This document shows, in pieces, positions 18,885-29,032 of a stretch of DNA of 64,000 nt; within the stretch, counting starts at the first letter, position 1; each line of letters opens with the position of its first letter. Below the pieces are notes generated by a model. That model was not told the origin of the DNA and ran no database searches. It worked only from the letters and a program-made list of their open reading frames with translations. This stretch comes from Planctomycetota bacterium (lineage in GTDB: Bacteria > Planctomycetota > PLA2 > JAEUHO01). The stretch is from positions 1-64,000 of the forward strand of contig CBDCTJ010000001.1 of NCBI GenBank assembly GCA_965222115.1, read 5' to 3'. Position numbers and translations under genes: made by a program.

Positions 18885-19319
18885 TTGGAGCCCCGCATGC
18901 GCCGCGATGCCCAAACCGCATTGCCACTGTTTCTACGCGTTGCAATCGTCGTTGGGTGTGTAAGTGCCGTCGCGGGCATGGCGGGTGCCGTGTTTCTTCA
19001 TCGCGAAGTGGACAAGCGTCCCCCCGATTCGCTCAACGACCGTCCCAGCGCCTACATCCGTGTGGTGTGGGCAGGAGACGCACCGCCCGATTGGCTAAAC
19101 ACGATTCAACTCGAGGCACAGTGGACGACCGCCGACGGAACACGAGGGTCTGAAACAGGTGCACGTCTCGGCGATGGCCTGAAACACACCTATGGTTTCG
19201 CAAAGGCGCCGATGGGAATTCCTCTCACGCTGGTGATGAAGGCGGAGGGTCGCGCAACGCAAGAGAAACGGTTTCGGTTACAACCGTTTCATACGCTTGT
19301 GTGGCGTTTGCGAGAGTAG
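18885..19319 (+). CDS. Hypothetical membrane-anchored protein
   Basis: Single N-terminal TM; fills the gap between flanking genes. Confidence 0.6.
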   Translation: MEPRMRRDAQTALPLFLRVAIVVGCVSAVAGMAGAVFLHREVDKRPPDSLNDRPSAYIRVVWAGDAPPDWLNTIQLEAQWTTADGTRGSETGARLGDGLKHTYGFAKAPMGIPLTLVMKAEGRATQEKRFRLQPFHTLVWRLRE

Positions 19320-19325
19320 TCCGGT

Positions 19326-19733
19326 CTATGCGGCGGACTCGTCTACCGTCGCCGATTCCAACCGTTCTGCAATCCACGCACGGATCTCATGCGTCTCGCA
19401 GGCGCACATTCCATCGAATGCGGCGCGGACGTCGGCACGTACACGCGGTTCGCGATCAGCAATGGCCGACAGTATTCTCGCCGCCAAGAGACGGACCACG
19501 GTGTCGGCGTCATTGCGACGTAGCGTGCATGTGAGCGCGGGGACCGCGTGTACACCCAACGCCAAGAGACGATCAACCACTTCTTTGCCCACGCGGACAT
19601 TCCATGGGCTGTAGGTGAGGAGTGATGCAAGGGCGCGCGCCTCTTTGCTGCGCGGATGGCGCCGCCTTCCCGCGGACAAGACTGGCATCGCCTGTTGCAT
19701 CTGTACACCCATTGCAATGCTCATATCGTCCAT
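19326..19733 (-). CDS. Hypothetical HEAT-like protein
   Basis: LLALGVHAVPAL...VVRLLAARILSAIAD; operonic with the mazG-like gene and rsmG. Confidence 0.55.
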   Translation of the reverse strand: MDDMSIAMGVQMQQAMPVLSAGRRRHPRSKEARALASLLTYSPWNVRVGKEVVDRLLALGVHAVPALTCTLRRNDADTVVRLLAARILSAIADREPRVRADVRAAFDGMCACETHEIRAWIAERLESATVDESAA

Positions 19734-19757
19734 ATGGGCCTAGCAGCCAAAGCACAA

Positions 19758-20105
19758 TCACCCCATGCAATCGGGTGCATCCATCACCGCACGCAGATGG
19801 ACAAGTCGATCACCCAGCTCGTCCCGCCAACCGGGTGCTTTGCGACGCAATTTCTCAAGTGCACGGTCGGCGCAGGCATCGAGCGACACATCAAATCGAT
19901 CGCAGAACTCAGCAAGGGCGAGTATCAGGTCCCCCACTTCGTCTTCGAGTGCGTCGCGATTGAGTTTGCCCGTGTACATATGATCGAGAACACACCGAAC
20001 GAGTTCGCCGCTTTCCTCACAGAGTGCCAATGCGGCGCCTGCGCGCGGATGTTCGATACCCTCGGTGAGTTTTACGACAGTGGATTGAAAGGCTGAGATT
20101 TCCAT
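19758..20105 (-). CDS. MazG-like nucleotide pyrophosphohydrolase (single domain)
   Basis: LCEESGELVR...LEDEVGDL..AL acidic motif. Confidence 0.85.
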   Translation of the reverse strand: MEISAFQSTVVKLTEGIEHPRAGAALALCEESGELVRCVLDHMYTGKLNRDALEDEVGDLILALAEFCDRFDVSLDACADRALEKLRRKAPGWRDELGDRLVHLRAVMDAPDCMG

Positions 20106-20116
20106 AGCGCGCAATC

Positions 20117-20737
20117 CTACGCGCGTGGTGCGTCGATACGCTCAAACACAATCAGGCGCTGCCGGCGATGCTCGTCGCCCGGCACGACATCGGGACATGG
20201 ACGCAGCCCATGATCGCGCGCCAAAGTTTGCCCCGCCTCACGTTCCGATTCGACGCGCTCGCTGTCTTTCCAATGAACAACCCGACCGCCCGGTGACACG
20301 AGAGGCGCCGCCAGCGCATTGACTTCTGCTATTGACGCCACGGCGCGCGCAAGAACGAGGTCACTCATACTGAGCCAGTCGCTGTGGTCGTGCTTGAGTT
20401 CGCGAACATCACACGACGCCACATCAATCCGCTGCGCCAACTGCGGACCCAGGCACGCCGAGATGGCTCGCGCCTTACGAACCCGTCGCTCTACGAGCAA
20501 TACGCTGGCAAGCGGCCAGATGCATGCTGCAACGAGGCCAGGAAATCCATTGCCACTCCCCACATCAACAATGCGACGCGGAGGCACTCCCCGAGGCCAC
20601 GTTCCGGCAACCGTCAGTGAGGGCAGTACCAAGACGTCAACGGCCGCTTCAAGTGTCTTGGCGGCCGTGACGTTGACAGGCTGGTCAAGTAGGCGCGCGA
20701 GATACCCACACAGCTCATTCGCCGCACCCGGCGGCAA
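20117..20737 (-). CDS. rsmG: 16S rRNA m7G527 methyltransferase RsmG (GidB), divergent
   Basis: IVDVGSGNGFPGL, LLVERRVRKA, VLARAVA, LVSPGG...WK; true start may lie up to ~60 nt upstream. Confidence 0.8.
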   Translation of the reverse strand: MPPGAANELCGYLARLLDQPVNVTAAKTLEAAVDVLVLPSLTVAGTWPRGVPPRRIVDVGSGNGFPGLVAACIWPLASVLLVERRVRKARAISACLGPQLAQRIDVASCDVRELKHDHSDWLSMSDLVLARAVASIAEVNALAAPLVSPGGRVVHWKDSERVESEREAGQTLARDHGLRPCPDVVPGDEHRRQRLIVFERIDAPRA

Positions 20738-20836
20738 TGGCCATCCGTTGGCTCTACTAGCACGTGTGATGCGGTGTGCTTCGTGGGCTACGGCGTCCAG
20801 AATACACCTCTCGCCAAGCGCGGACTACGACGCGGA

Positions 20837-21661
20837 TTAGGAGGCGGCTTTGGCCTCGGCGCGCTTGCGAGCCGCTTCACGTTCGCGGCGCAACTGGACG
20901 CCGCGCAGCGCTGCTTGACGGGCAATCTCGCGCAACTCCGCCTCGCGGATCGTGCGGTAGGCACGAAGCTCATCCGCCTGCTTCCATACGTCACTTTCCT
21001 TTTCGACGCCTTCAAGGGGAGGAACGCTAGGTGCAGCGGGCTGCACGGTGAAGTCGTATTCACTTGCGACGGACGCCAAGATGCCGCGGACTTCATTGAT
21101 CACGTCGTCATCGCCACACCAGAGGCCGATGAATCCACCGCCACGCAAGGCGCGAGTGACAACCATGCAACGGAAGCCGGGCGTATCAGCGATGAGGAAC
21201 TTATAGTCGCGCATCGAACTGGGCAGTGGCAACTGCTTGACTTTGCCAAGGCGCGATGCGGGCGCGGGACGCCCCGGACCGCGGAAACCGAAACACTCTG
21301 CCGTGGCCGCAAGTTCACGCAGCGCACGGGCGCGCTCACCAATGCGTTCGAGGGTGGGCAACGTCGTAAAGATCGTGCCGCCTTGCCGCTCGTCACGCAC
21401 CGTGTCTTCAATGTCCATTTCAGCCAGGCGCAGTTCGCGCGGGCTCAAGATCAACATCGTGCCCGGTGGAAGCGCCGTCTTGCTGAGTGCATCTTCAACG
21501 GGCTGAGGCGAACGCAGCGAGCCCGGATCTTCGACGCCCAGTGTGGCCAGGGCGCGCTCAACGGCATCGAAGGCGCGATCCAATGCGGGGAATGCGCGCG
21601 GTCGCTGATCGAGCTGACGAGCGACATCGGTAAACAAGGAGTTGGGAAGGGGGCGGATCAT
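20837..21661 (-). CDS. Stand-alone DICT-like sensory domain protein
   Basis: IEDTV..., RALRELAA, YKFLIADTPGFRCMVVTR, FIGLWCGDDDV resemble the DICT pattern; C-terminal coiled coil. Confidence 0.6.
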   Translation of the reverse strand: MIRPLPNSLFTDVARQLDQRPRAFPALDRAFDAVERALATLGVEDPGSLRSPQPVEDALSKTALPPGTMLILSPRELRLAEMDIEDTVRDERQGGTIFTTLPTLERIGERARALRELAATAECFGFRGPGRPAPASRLGKVKQLPLPSSMRDYKFLIADTPGFRCMVVTRALRGGGFIGLWCGDDDVINEVRGILASVASEYDFTVQPAAPSVPPLEGVEKESDVWKQADELRAYRTIREAELREIARQAALRGVQLRREREAARKRAEAKAAS

Positions 21662-22060
21662 TCAAACCTCAATCAAGTCGCAAAGCGGCCGGAGCGCGCT
21701 TCGCACAGTCAACTATGTTTGCCAAACCAGAACAGGCCCAAGTAGGGAACAGGTCCAAACGAGGAAGCAGGAACGGGATTGGGCAAACGATTCCGAACGT
21801 GCAACACCGCTGGAGTCGCGCCCGCCCCATCGCTTGGATTCGTGCCCAAACGGTGGAGTTGGCCTGCCCCGACTTGCGCCGCAAGTACCGTCTCTACGCC
21901 TATTGACGCCGAGCAGTTAGTTGGGTTTCGCCATCAATCTGACAAAATGTCACGAATTTGGATTCAATTTCTATGTAAATACCTGTGAAAAATGGACTTA
22001 TGAAAATAGTATAAGTTCTGCAATAACGCTACGTTAGGGGCGATATGCGGCCGGAGACGC

Positions 22061-23209
22061 TCAGGCTGGGACGCCAAAGGATTTGGCGGGTACCGCTTTC
22101 TCCGCCAGCCTCTCCTGCACCGCGCGAACGATGAAGGGCCACGTCACCGTGGCATCGGCAAGCACCTCGCTGTACTTCCCGCCGTGGCGATGATCGACGA
22201 ACTTCCCCCAGGACACGCCTTCGCTGTAGGTGCAGCCCGAGAGCCCGCCCCAATGAACCGGTTCGGGGCAGAGCCGGACACCGTATTGGAACTGACGCAA
22301 GGGAATCTCCTTTTGCAAGCGCACACGCATGATCTCGATGTAGGGCGCGACTTGTTGAGCCCAGTTGCGAGGAACGCCCCCGCCCACGGTAAAGATACCA
22401 ATCTTCGGTGCCGCCATCACTTGGGCGGTGTACTGCTCAAGGTCTTTGAACGCATCGTAGGTTGGATAGTCACGTCGTTCATCGCGGCATCGACGTTGGT
22501 AGAGCGCAATATCGAGCCCGATTTCTGAATCCGTAAGCGCGGGCACAAACACGGGGACGCCCTTGGCGGTGGCGGACTTCAAGATGCCACGCCCCTCGAC
22601 GTTCGCCGTGAGCCACTCACCGAGCAAACGATGAAAGTCGGCACTTGAATACACCAAGTCACGCGGCATGGCTTCGAGCACCTCGTACACAATGCGTTCA
22701 ATGTCGTCGAGACTCTGCTCCAACTCGAGCGTGTCGTACACACGATCGTAGCCCTTATCGTAAAGCTCCTGATCCGACATGTGAGGCGCGTATTTGAAAT
22801 GGGAACGGCCCGTTGCTTCCACAAACCCATGCGCCATGAGCGCGCCCGTGGACACGATGGATTGAATCCACCCGGCGTCGATCATGTCGCAAAGGACGAG
22901 CCCCATCTTGGCAATCGTCATAGCACCGCTGAGCGTGCACACCACCATGCACTCGGGATCGAGAATCATGGCTTCCAAGACGTCGGCAGCTTCGCCCAGC
23001 GATCGACCGGCGAACGCCGTCTTACTAAGCGCACGAACCAGATCGTCGGTGGACGACACAGTTCTCAAGTCGAGCGGCTCGAGCGCCTCCAAGCCATCGG
23101 AGACGCCGTCATGGAGCTTTCGAATCTCTTCAATGGGCGCGTCTGAGGCGGCACCGTCGCCGGACGCGGCGCCCTCGTGGGCATTGGGGCTGTGGGGACA
23201 TGACGTCAT
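22061..23209 (-). CDS. Deoxyhypusine-synthase-like protein (probable polyamine/homospermidine synthesis)
   Basis: IVSTGA, GYDRVYD, PVFVPALTDSEIG, GGGVPRNW, WGGLSGCTYSEGVSWGK (catalytic Lys retained), ADATVTWP. Confidence 0.92.
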   Translation of the reverse strand: MTSCPHSPNAHEGAASGDGAASDAPIEEIRKLHDGVSDGLEALEPLDLRTVSSTDDLVRALSKTAFAGRSLGEAADVLEAMILDPECMVVCTLSGAMTIAKMGLVLCDMIDAGWIQSIVSTGALMAHGFVEATGRSHFKYAPHMSDQELYDKGYDRVYDTLELEQSLDDIERIVYEVLEAMPRDLVYSSADFHRLLGEWLTANVEGRGILKSATAKGVPVFVPALTDSEIGLDIALYQRRCRDERRDYPTYDAFKDLEQYTAQVMAAPKIGIFTVGGGVPRNWAQQVAPYIEIMRVRLQKEIPLRQFQYGVRLCPEPVHWGGLSGCTYSEGVSWGKFVDHRHGGKYSEVLADATVTWPFIVRAVQERLAEKAVPAKSFGVPA

Positions 23210-23387
23210 GCCGTCTCCAAGATGGACGCGCGGAACGCTACGCGGGGTAGTGTCGCTACCGATCCATCGAAGCAAAGCGAAACCGGTCCAGTCGGTCGTG
23301 AACGCGTTCGTCCGGCGTCGAGGTCGAAGAGGCCAACATGAAGGTGTTCCGCACGGGAACCAAGCTCGATTGGCTTGGTCAGGTGCC

Positions 23388-23501
23388 TCAGCCTCCGCTC
23401 AAGCGACGAATCACGATGTAGGCGGTCGCCGCCACAATCACTGCGACGACGATCCACATAAGGCGACTGTCACGCGACGCGGGGGAAGGGCTTGAGCTCA
23501 T
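23388..23501 (-). CDS. Small single-TM protein (37 aa)
   Basis: GAGG RBS; MSSSPSPASRDSRLMWIVVAVIVAATAYIVIRRLSGG. Confidence 0.5.
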   Translation of the reverse strand: MSSSPSPASRDSRLMWIVVAVIVAATAYIVIRRLSGG

Positions 23502-23607
23502 GGTCGTTTCGCCTCGCTGACGATGGCCTCTTCGTCTTGCTGCATACGTGGCCGCTGAGTGTTTGACGACCGCTTGCAACCATTGCCGAGCGAGATGTCG
23601 AACAGCG

Positions 23608-24639
23608 TCAGTATACGCGCGCCGACGCGATCAAACTAAAGGGCTGAACAACGACTTGCCGGGCCGAACTTGCGGTCTCAAGCACAATGCGCATCCACAC
23701 CCGGCGAGATCCGCTCGGGCCCACGACCTTGAACTCAATGCCACTGGGCGTCCACATCGTCGGATCGTCGGACGTAAACACCGGGCGGCGGTTAAAATCG
23801 TTGGGGAGATCGCTATCCGCCAACTGGATGTCGGCGTAGACCAGCAGACCGCGCTCGCTCACGGTGACGTCTTCTTCGATCGTCATGTCGGCAAGTGGCG
23901 TCGCAGAGACATTGCCCAGCGCATCTGAGGGAAAGAAACTATTGGATAGCTCTCTGGCGCTGTCCCAGAGCACGTCATTGCCGTAGCGCGAATAAAGATC
24001 CTGTACGACGGACTGCTGTTCTGCGGGATCTTGAATCGCTCGAACTTGGGAGTAGCTCGGATAGATCTCACTACGCCAAATCACCAAGTCTCGAGAGAAT
24101 ACGCCCGCCGGGTTCACGCCGGGCATCACGTTTACATTGGTGAGAGAGGGATAGATGCAGACGAATCGATAGGTATCAATCAGAATCGTTTTACCCGTGG
24201 CCGGATTGGCGACCGCCGGCGCTGGATCGGAGTCCCGAACGAACAACAGAATATTACCGGTCTGTGGTTCCGCAGGATCGTCAATGCTCAGGGTGTGCGT
24301 GGTGGGGTCGGTGATCGGTAAACGTGCACCGGGAAGTACCGCATCGCGAGACAGATCAAGCGCGTCGAAGTAGGCCTGGCCGACCGCGTCGCGATCAAAC
24401 ATGCGCCGACTTTCGGAGACGATCTCACGCATGCGATAAATCGCGCGCTGCCCCTTGTCGGCCAACCGTCGCACGGCGTCGGCCTGAAGCGACGCCTTGT
24501 TGGATTGATCCATGGTGCGTTCCATGATCAACGCCATTGTGCCAATGAGGGCGACGACGATCGCCATCTCGACCAACGTGAGGCCGCGTTCCGACGCCCG
24601 AAAGCGCCGCGTCGGCGTGCGAGGGCTAGCGGTCCACAT
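23608..24639 (-). CDS. Prepilin-type N-terminal cleavage/methylation protein (PilW/GspJ-like)
   Basis: RG|LTLVEMAIVVALIG class III signal peptide with Glu5; overlaps the stop of the upstream gene. Confidence 0.85.
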   Translation of the reverse strand: MWTASPRTPTRRFRASERGLTLVEMAIVVALIGTMALIMERTMDQSNKASLQADAVRRLADKGQRAIYRMREIVSESRRMFDRDAVGQAYFDALDLSRDAVLPGARLPITDPTTHTLSIDDPAEPQTGNILLFVRDSDPAPAVANPATGKTILIDTYRFVCIYPSLTNVNVMPGVNPAGVFSRDLVIWRSEIYPSYSQVRAIQDPAEQQSVVQDLYSRYGNDVLWDSARELSNSFFPSDALGNVSATPLADMTIEEDVTVSERGLLVYADIQLADSDLPNDFNRRPVFTSDDPTMWTPSGIEFKVVGPSGSRRVWMRIVLETASSARQVVVQPFSLIASARVY

Positions 24640-27600
24640 AAATCTTCTCCATGTGATGCGCATAGTGAAGCGGCTCGGTCACGCGATGCGCCTCAATGCG
24701 TATGCGATACGACCCTTGCGGAAATGCATCGGGGGGCGTCGCCCATGTGTAGGTTTCGTTGCCGCCATCAACGACATCGGACCGCGTACGAGTGGGATCG
24801 GGCGTTCCATCGGTCTGGCGAGGAAGCTTGCCCGGCAGTTCATAGTCACCGGTAAGCATATTGCGCCACGTCGTGCCATTGTCGGGGCTGTACAAAAGCA
24901 AGTAGCAGATATTGGATTCGTCTTGCGTAAACGTATCGGCGTAGGACTCGGTGTACTTGCGACCGTCCCAACGCTTCCATTCCGTACTCCACATCACGTC
25001 GATGGTGGCGGGACTATCGATTTCGGTGAGCAACGTCGGCGACTCAATCGACACGCGCGGCAGTTGCTTGATGCGCGACGGATTGCCCGTTTTCCCCGAT
25101 GTCAAGAAACTGTGGATCAGCGTGACCAAGCTATACCGCGCCATGAAGGCCGAGCCGGTTTCAATGGTTTGTGCAATGCCATTGACGACGACGTAGCCTC
25201 CGTGCGTATTGCCAAATGTGTCCGGCGGTGAGGTCAAGCGAACCAGACCACTTCCCGTCGAGCCGCTGGGGTGATTATAGAAGGGCGTTACTAGGTCTGC
25301 GACAAAGCGCGGATATTCCGTGACGTGCGAGAACTCATCACCGGGCACGGTCTCATTGAGTGCCAGCCCAAAGGGACGGTTGATGTAGACCGAGTCGGGC
25401 AACGGGAAACTGTAGTTGGCCGAGAGTTCGGTGCCCTCGCTGTCAAGATTGCCCCAGCCATTGGAGAACCGGTGATGGAATGTACTTGTACTTGTACCAA
25501 TGTTGAAGAACGACGTGCAGCCGCTTCGCTGCACACGGCACTGCGCCGGAGTCAGATTGGTTCCGCGAGGTAGCTGCGCGCCGGGCATGTCTTGACGACG
25601 ATCCAAATGGAATTGTCCCGCCGTTGTGCCTTCGGCCGCACGCATGTTGCCCCACGGTGCCCACTGAGTTGTATACACGCGGTCGTCAAAGATCTCGCCC
25701 ATCCATGGCTTGGACCACCATGAGCCACCGCTTCGAATACTGGCGTTGATGCCCTGGTTCGAGCGCACGTACTTCAGTGTTCCGCGAATGGAATCGGTGC
25801 CGAGACCCGTAATCGTGCTTTCATAGACATCACCCGCGAGTCCGAACGGTCGCCCGTCCATGGGAATGCTGTTACCGTACCCGTTGGCCGAGTCGTAGCC
25901 GACGTCGCCACCAATAGACATATAGTAATAAGAATAGCCGGTGAGCGTCGTGTACACGGCTTGGCAGCGTGTAACCGCCGTTCGCAACCAATACATCAAT
26001 CGTGGCAGATCGTGCCCCGATGCGCGGTTGTTACGCCAACCATGCTTCATGCGCGTGGTATCGAATGCCAACCAATCGCTGGCAAAGTCGCCCGCGCCAT
26101 TTCGGAAGTCGTCAAAGTACCAGTTGTATCCATGGGCCGCTGTCGTCCCCTGCGCGTCCGTATCGGCATAGGGCGAGTGGCGGGGATCCCCAATAAACTG
26201 GTACCGCTCGCTAAAGGGCACAGTCTCGATTGTGGCGTGGTAGTAGCAATGGGCACGACTCAGATTCTGAGGCTGCACGCGCACCGGCCAGCGCGTACCG
26301 GTCGCCAGGTTGGTTCCAAACCGGGTTTCGATGGATATGCGTTTGTCGGTTGCATCGCCATTGTTCGCGCCAGGCGGCATCGCTAGATTGGCCCGTACCG
26401 CAAGTGGCGGCAAGGTGATGCGCCAACGCGCTGTATTGACGGGCGTGGTCACCGACGAATACAAGTCGCGTTCAAAGCGATCGGTCCCGGTAGCGGTGTC
26501 CGGCGTTGGGCAGGGGACATAGTCCAAGTCGTACAGGCGGCAGGTGCTCTTTAGGCCGCGACCGCCGGCTTCATTGCACTCAAGCGGTGTGCCGTAGAGC
26601 TCCAGCAGGGTTCGTTTGCCCACGGCGTCGTAGCGGGCCACGTAAAACATCTCACCCTTCTCGTAGCCTCCGTCATGAACGCCGTTGCCGTTGCAGTCAA
26701 AAAGAACTTCAGCGTCGTCCCACGTTCCGTCGCCATCTCGGTCTAGAAACGGCTCGCCATAGTCAGCGATGTAGGCATCTGTCAAGACGGAGTTGTTGTA
26801 GTAGGTAACGTCCCACGGCTTGTAGGCAGGCGCAGGCGAAGTCGTGGGTGGATCCCATTTTCCGTTGGCGTTGTAGTCCCAATAAGGCTCCGCGTTGTCC
26901 CACACACCGTTTCCATTGGCGTCGGTGTAGGGCTCGGACGGCCGGTGGCGATCGTATCGACCGTTTCCATTCTTATCGTCCAACAGCTCGCTGGTCTTAG
27001 TGTGATTGCCGTCGCCATCGACTTCGTGCCACGGATCCTTGGGGTCACGCACGCCGTTGCCATCAAGATCGAGGAACTCCTCCTGAACCTGTCGAATGCC
27101 ATCACCATTGGTGTCGGAGATCTGTTCAGGGAGCGATACCGCGTTGGCCCAATCCGTGTAGTCTTCGGGCACCGAGTTACCGTCCGTGTCAACACCACCC
27201 GCGAGCATCTTCAACGTCAATGACGGCGACGCACTCGCATTGATCGCGCCCGTGAAGTCGCCTCCGGGAATGACCAACGAGATCGGAATGCTTGCATCGT
27301 GCGCAGCATTCCCATTCCAATCGTGGAAGGCTTCACCGGGATCACGGGTGCCACTTGCGTTGATGTCGAGATAAGGTTCGCCAAGCGTCGTCCACTGTTC
27401 CGCACCTGCTGTCCCATCAAACAGGGTCTTGTAGGCATACACACGGAATGCGGGGGTATCACTAGCCGTGGCGTTTCCGGCGACGCGAAGCGGGCGCAGA
27501 AGCTCAGGGTGGGTTACAGCGCGCCAACCGGGTCGAGCGGCCGGGATCTTTGCCGCATCACTGTAGTTACGAACCGGTGGCATCGGCAATAACTCACCGT

Positions 27601-28792
27601 GAAGATTGACGAGAATGGCGTTGCGATATTTATCGGGATCCAGAATCATGCGATCCAACAGGAGTCGCCATGTCGGTGTCTCGTCTTCATCAATTCGGTT
27701 GGCGACGCGGTCTTGGAAACGCGCTTCGGCTTCGGGATGCCGCATGCAGTTGTTGTGCATATCGGCGAGCGCGTATGGAACGGGATTGCCAATGTCGTAT
27801 TGCCCGTTGCCGTTGTCGTCGTCGTATGTTTCGCCGGGATCACGTCGGCCGTTGCCGTTGGCGTCGTTGAAGGTCTCGGGCGCGATCATGCCGTTTGCCC
27901 AACTCGGTGACCATTGCCCGTCCAAGTTGATGTGCCCGCCAATCTTGTCGGACACGTAGTAACGCCCCGACGCCGATCCTGCGGGCATGGTGCCGGGATA
28001 TACATACGTCCACGGGGCAGTTGCACGGCTGTCACGAATCTTATTGGTGTATGGAGCGTACTCTTCGTCTCGTCCGTAGCCGCTCTTGGTGATCCAATGC
28101 GTTCGAAACTCCAGGCCGGGATTTCGGTTCTCCATTTCAATGAGCGCAGACTCAAAGAAGGGTTGGATCGCTTCCATGTGGACCCACCAGCCCGGAATAT
28201 TCTCAATGGCGAGCAGGTAAATGTCGTGAACCTGCGTGGATGGGTATGCATCCCCGGCGGTGCGAATAATGGCAGACACATCGGCCATTTTCTCGCCGGG
28301 TAGCGTGACGCCTCGCCGTGCGCGAAAAATACGTACGGTGACGACGCGAAGATCACGCGCCTGAATGCCGTTGAGGTGGCGCACCCAAATTTGTCGATAC
28401 CAGCGCCACACACCGGAGTCCATGGTGTTTCTTGAGATGGGGCCGTCAGCGGGCGCAAACGCGCCGGGGTCGGTGGGATCAGGCGCGATGGTCAGATTGG
28501 GTTGCCACGTAATGCCGTCATCGAATCCATCGAGATCGGCAGCGACACCGCCGCCGCCCTCAACGAACGTCTGCATCTCCGTGATGATAGCGAGTGCCTT
28601 CTGGCGTGCGAAGATGCGGTCTTGGGTCCAGCGCGAGTGGTCCGAACTGCGCGTGACGTAGGCGATGCCCGCCATGGATGCAACCACGAGCAAGACCATT
28701 GCGATCAAGACTTCAATAAAGCTAAAGCCGCCTGTGTCCCGTCGCGTCGAGCGTGACGCGAGGGCCAGAGATGGATGACGGTCGTAAGCCAT
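24626..28792 (-). CDS. Giant (~1388 aa) prepilin-type protein with Ca-binding-like DxNGNG repeats
   Basis: GG|FSFIEVLIAMVLLVVA class III signal; about 12 E-x-[FYW]-x-D-x-[ND]-G-[ND]-G-x-x-D motifs; GAGGAG RBS before ATG 28792. Confidence 0.88.
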   Translation of the reverse strand: MAYDRHPSLALASRSTRRDTGGFSFIEVLIAMVLLVVASMAGIAYVTRSSDHSRWTQDRIFARQKALAIITEMQTFVEGGGGVAADLDGFDDGITWQPNLTIAPDPTDPGAFAPADGPISRNTMDSGVWRWYRQIWVRHLNGIQARDLRVVTVRIFRARRGVTLPGEKMADVSAIIRTAGDAYPSTQVHDIYLLAIENIPGWWVHMEAIQPFFESALIEMENRNPGLEFRTHWITKSGYGRDEEYAPYTNKIRDSRATAPWTYVYPGTMPAGSASGRYYVSDKIGGHINLDGQWSPSWANGMIAPETFNDANGNGRRDPGETYDDDNGNGQYDIGNPVPYALADMHNNCMRHPEAEARFQDRVANRIDEDETPTWRLLLDRMILDPDKYRNAILVNLHGELLPMPPVRNYSDAAKIPAARPGWRAVTHPELLRPLRVAGNATASDTPAFRVYAYKTLFDGTAGAEQWTTLGEPYLDINASGTRDPGEAFHDWNGNAAHDASIPISLVIPGGDFTGAINASASPSLTLKMLAGGVDTDGNSVPEDYTDWANAVSLPEQISDTNGDGIRQVQEEFLDLDGNGVRDPKDPWHEVDGDGNHTKTSELLDDKNGNGRYDRHRPSEPYTDANGNGVWDNAEPYWDYNANGKWDPPTTSPAPAYKPWDVTYYNNSVLTDAYIADYGEPFLDRDGDGTWDDAEVLFDCNGNGVHDGGYEKGEMFYVARYDAVGKRTLLELYGTPLECNEAGGRGLKSTCRLYDLDYVPCPTPDTATGTDRFERDLYSSVTTPVNTARWRITLPPLAVRANLAMPPGANNGDATDKRISIETRFGTNLATGTRWPVRVQPQNLSRAHCYYHATIETVPFSERYQFIGDPRHSPYADTDAQGTTAAHGYNWYFDDFRNGAGDFASDWLAFDTTRMKHGWRNNRASGHDLPRLMYWLRTAVTRCQAVYTTLTGYSYYYMSIGGDVGYDSANGYGNSIPMDGRPFGLAGDVYESTITGLGTDSIRGTLKYVRSNQGINASIRSGGSWWSKPWMGEIFDDRVYTTQWAPWGNMRAAEGTTAGQFHLDRRQDMPGAQLPRGTNLTPAQCRVQRSGCTSFFNIGTSTSTFHHRFSNGWGNLDSEGTELSANYSFPLPDSVYINRPFGLALNETVPGDEFSHVTEYPRFVADLVTPFYNHPSGSTGSGLVRLTSPPDTFGNTHGGYVVVNGIAQTIETGSAFMARYSLVTLIHSFLTSGKTGNPSRIKQLPRVSIESPTLLTEIDSPATIDVMWSTEWKRWDGRKYTESYADTFTQDESNICYLLLYSPDNGTTWRNMLTGDYELPGKLPRQTDGTPDPTRTRSDVVDGGNETYTWATPPDAFPQGSYRIRIEAHRVTEPLHYAHHMEKIYVDR

Positions 28793-29032
28793 GAGAACTC
28801 CTCGTCCCGCTGTGACTCCGACGGCAACGCGAAACGACATCGCGATCGGGGTACAGAACGACAGTGCTCTATCGGCGATTTCCCTAAGGCTTCGTGAGCA
28901 GGAAATGGGCACAGCGGGAGGCGTTCGAGGGCACGCACGCTGGACGCCACTCCCTATCGGACGGCACGCATGCCAGACACCAGGCGTTCTGATTCCCGGC
29001 CGCGCGTACGCGGTCGATTTCGTGCTCGGGGA

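Noticed and set aside
21700-21730. Sigma-54 promoter (minus-strand TGGCA...TTGA)
   Set aside because: GG-N10-GC spacing is not satisfied.
22010-22045. dif-like site
   Set aside because: No match to the XerD arm TTATGTTAAAT.
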